Below, piece after piece: positions 43,474 through 45,871 of a stretch of 45,871 nucleotides of DNA. The notes under the pieces are model-generated. The model was given only the letters and a program-made list of their open reading frames with translations, was not told where the DNA came from and did not search any database. Source of the stretch: Chthonomonadales bacterium (lineage in GTDB: Bacteria > Armatimonadota > Chthonomonadetes > Chthonomonadales > Chthonomonadaceae); assembly GCA_038231675.1 (NCBI GenBank), contig JBBRKX010000001.1:1-45871 (forward strand), read 5' to 3'. A program made the translations under genes and the position numbers. How positions within the stretch are numbered: the first letter of the stretch is position 1; the number at the start of each line of letters is the position of its first letter.

Positions 43474-43963
43474 GACTGAGTAGTCTCATGAGACTACGTT
43501 GCCTCTGTAGTCTGCGGAGTCTTAACTAATATCTGATAGGTACCTCTTCACAAGTGGCTCGGGGAGGTCCCTCGCCAGCCCTTTCCCTATCACTTTTAAG
43601 CGGTCGAGTACGGGTCTGTAGCGTAGGATCATGCAAACCTGTCGATTTGCCCCCGACGCAGCGGATTAAACACCGCACTTAATTTGAAGAGCCTCTTTTC
43701 TGTCCATTTTCCATGTCTCTGGGCGTGAACGAAAAGTGTTATTGAGGTTCTGACGGAGCGCAGGGATGGGCCGGGAAGGGGCGGTGCTTGAGCCCCTTCC
43801 TGGGGAAGCGAAGGGCTTGGATGGCCCTGAGCTTCCAATTAGTTCTCCAACCCTACAGTGAATGATCGTGTGATCTGTCGTGGAGTTTGGTCCACAGATA
43901 TTAAAAATTCAAACATAACAGTTGCGGATAGGTGTTAAATAATTCTGTTAGAACGTGTTAAGC

Positions 43964-43972
43964 GGTGGATAA
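43964..43972 (-). promoter_or_regulatory. DnaA-box-like site (TTATCCACC) in the AT-rich region upstream of the iterons
   Basis: ggtggataa on the + strand, 8/9 match to TTATCCACA. The surrounding 43880-43990 is visibly AT-rich. Confidence 0.45.
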
Positions 43973-44017
43973 GAAGCTGCAACATTATGATTCGTCAATG
44001 GAATTGGATAGCCCTGC

Positions 44018-44219
44018 GTCAACGAAACCACGAAAGAACGTCAACAGAAACCTACTTTCCCGTCAACAAAACCACGAATTACACGGCCTGTCAACGAAAC
44101 CACGCTAATTAGTGCGTTGTCAACAAAACCACGAAGATTGTGCTTGCGTCAACAAAACCACGATTGTATGTTCCGCGTCAACGAAACCACGTATCTCAAT
44201 GAGTGTCAGCGGAACCACG
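44018..44219 (+). repeat. Iterons: 8 direct repeats of GTCAAC(G/A)AAACCACG (two degenerate), spacing 22-29 bp
   Basis: Copies start at 44018, 44040 (degenerate), 44062, 44090, 44119, 44148, 44177 and 44205 (degenerate), immediately upstream of repA. Confidence 0.85.
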
Positions 44220-45284
44220 ATGGCAGAGACATCAACGGTAGAAACGGAAGAAAGCAGGGCAGGCGGCAAGCTCGCTTTGCTGCCCGAACGGCATCCCAAT
44301 CACGATCTCTTTACCTGCGACGTACTCGATGCGATTCCCAAGGATGACATGGCCAGCATGGAACATCCAATCTTTTCGCTCGCCACCAAACCGGACACGC
44401 GCGTCTTGCGGTATGAGCACCGGAACGTGTCGGTTGAGATTGCTCCGAGCGTGCGCGGCCTGGCGACGATTTACGACAAGGACATTTTGATCTATTGCGT
44501 TTCGCAGTTGATGGCCAAAAAAAATGCCGGCGAGACATTGGCACAGACGCTGCACCTCAATGCTCACGATCTGCTGGTTTGGACGAATCGCGAAACCAGC
44601 GGCGACGCGTATCGCAGACTCAAGGATTCTTTTGAGCGTCTAAGCGGAACCAGAATCACCACGAACATCAAAGCGAACGGCGAAGAGATAACCGAGGGCT
44701 TTGGACTGATTGAAAGCTGGCGGGTGATACGCGAGACGAAGTCGGGACGCATGAGCGAGCTCCGCGTGCGGCTTTCGGATTGGGTTTACAAAATTATTCA
44801 GGGGTCTGAGGTGCTGACGCTGAGCCGCGATTATTTCCGGTTGAGGAAGCCAACGGATCGGCGGATCTATGAATTGGCTCGCAAACATTGCGGCGAACAG
44901 GATGAGTGGAAGATCTCCCTTGAGCTCCTGCATAAGAAAACTGGTGCGAGCAGCCACAGCCGGGAATTCAAATCGATGGTGAAGGAATTGGTGGAACACG
45001 ATCATCTTCCGGATTACAGCGTCTCATTGGAAGACGATATGGTGGTCTTCCGCAACAGGATGACGTGGCAACAGAAGGCGGAAGGACCGGAGGTACGCTA
45101 CCCCGTGCTCGACCCGGAGGCATATCATGACGCAAAACTTGTCGCGCCCGGTTATGACGTTTACTGGCTGGAACAGGAGTGGAGGGACTGGTGGGTGCAA
45201 AGCGGCATGCCTGAGTTGGGCTTTCCGGGAAAAGCGTTCGTGGCCTTTTGCAAAAAGCGCTATCAGATGAAGCCCAACCCCTAA
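44220..45284 (+). CDS. repA: Replication initiator protein A (RPA family)
   Basis: LLPERHPNHDLFTCDVLDAIPKDDMASMEHPIFSLATKPD, GLATIYDKDILIY, YFRLRKPTDRRIYELARKHCG. Start taken at ATG 44220, after the last iteron; the track ORF starts at 44112 inside the iterons. Confidence 0.9.
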   Translation: MAETSTVETEESRAGGKLALLPERHPNHDLFTCDVLDAIPKDDMASMEHPIFSLATKPDTRVLRYEHRNVSVEIAPSVRGLATIYDKDILIYCVSQLMAKKNAGETLAQTLHLNAHDLLVWTNRETSGDAYRRLKDSFERLSGTRITTNIKANGEEITEGFGLIESWRVIRETKSGRMSELRVRLSDWVYKIIQGSEVLTLSRDYFRLRKPTDRRIYELARKHCGEQDEWKISLELLHKKTGASSHSREFKSMVKELVEHDHLPDYSVSLEDDMVVFRNRMTWQQKAEGPEVRYPVLDPEAYHDAKLVAPGYDVYWLEQEWRDWWVQSGMPELGFPGKAFVAFCKKRYQMKPNP

Positions 45285-45320
45285 AAGGCGCTGCCGCACT
45301 CGCTTGGGGATTACACTGCG

Positions 45321-45335
45321 GAGACTATGTAGTCT
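45321..45335. repeat. GAGACTATGTAGTCT: palindromic copy of the GAGACTATGTA motif also found at 42409 and 43040
   Basis: AGACTA-tg-TAGTCT. The identical 11-mer GAGACTATGTA occurs at 42409-42419 and 43040-43050, and clustered half-sites occur at 43472-43513. Confidence 0.7.
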
Positions 45336-45488
45336 GTGGTCGAGGGCTGAAACGGCCAGAATCTGTCACTCCACTTTCACTCACTTAAGGGGCGATTGCT
45401 TGTTGGAATGCCGGAAGTTGTTGAATTCGTTGCACCTGTATTCACCGCCATAGACGCCGTTGTCGTTTATTTTCAATCTACGGTCATT

Positions 45489-45533
45489 TTCCCAAGTTGG
45501 ACGTCGCGGGTTCGAACCCCGTCTCCCGCTCCA
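45489..45533 (+). repeat. attR: displaced copy of the tRNA-Gly 3' half
   Basis: ttcccaagTtggacgtcgcgggttcgaAccccgtctcccgctcca versus the tRNA copy (C and C at the two capitalised positions). Confidence 0.85.
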
Positions 45534-45871
45534 AAAGAATCAACAACTTACAGGTCCGCCTCCTCGCTGTGCTCCGTTTGTGCTCCGTTTACTTTTGATC
45601 AACCCTTCAAGAGGTTGGAAACACAAGGCTTGCGGGCATGCTTGCGTGCTCCGTTTGGCTGTCTTCCAGAGACACCAAAAACCTTTACGAATGAAGGCCT
45701 TCCATGCTATTCCGCTTACGCGACGGCCAGGTTGAGTTCGCTACTCCGGCTTGGCCCACTTTGATCGTTACAACTGGCCCACCTGGATAGTGATAGTTTG
45801 CCTCATTCAGCCGGAGATTGTTGAAGCGGCTCCGGCGGGAGTGAAGCCTGGCGGCGCCGTAGGGCGACGCG

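Noticed and set aside
44018-44219. Regularly spaced direct repeats considered as a possible CRISPR array
   Set aside because: The repeats are only 15 bp with 7-14 bp between them. They sit in an AT-rich origin immediately upstream of a RepA gene. These are iterons.
45396-45764. 122-aa and 91-aa plus-strand ORFs at the right end
   Set aside because: They read straight through the tRNA-fragment attR repeat and have no protein-like features.

Overview
A roughly 58-60% GC bacterial window with two parts.

(A) Positions 1-16.3 kb look like a chromosomal defence-island-type stretch. It contains:
- a translationally coupled 3-gene operon (70 aa + 548 aa + 1272 aa; the large protein ends in a PD-(D/E)xK-like motif) with no family I can name
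- an HTH-antitoxin/PIN-toxin pair
- a stand-alone PD-(D/E)xK-like protein
- a GrpE-like protein coupled to a truncated Hsp70/actin-fold ATPase
- a trypsin-like protease interrupted by an in-frame TAG
- an unknown gene followed by an ATGA-coupled SIR2-like + HEPN pair
- a frameshifted DUF3800 gene

(B) tRNA-Gly(CCC) at 16326-16400 is the integration site of a ~29 kb plasmid-like integrative mobilizable element. A 45-bp copy of the tRNA 3' half recurs at 45489-45533 (43/45 identical). The element carries:
- xis-int
- a MOBQ relaxase, an RSF1010-type oriT (TAAGTGCGCCCT) and MobC
- a T4 coupling-protein-like ATPase and ArdC
- ParA plus an RHH partner
- iterons plus RepA
- a degraded HAF/RHS gene
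- a second tyrosine recombinase with a 28-bp dif-like site
- a cargo block, described next

The cargo block holds a TauD-like dioxygenase + HEPN/Zn-ribbon pair and an orphan m5C methyltransferase. It also holds a six-gene minus-strand operon: RHH - Vsr - m5C MTase - Eco29kI-like GIY-YIG REase - double-GHKL/histidine-kinase-like ATPase - receiver(REC)-HEPN protein.

My best candidates for undescribed systems are the GHKL/HK + REC-HEPN pair, the GrpE-like + Hsp70-like pair, the SIR2 + HEPN module and the opening 3-gene operon.

No rRNA or CRISPR array was seen. All family assignments come from motif reading by eye and need HMM or structure confirmation.
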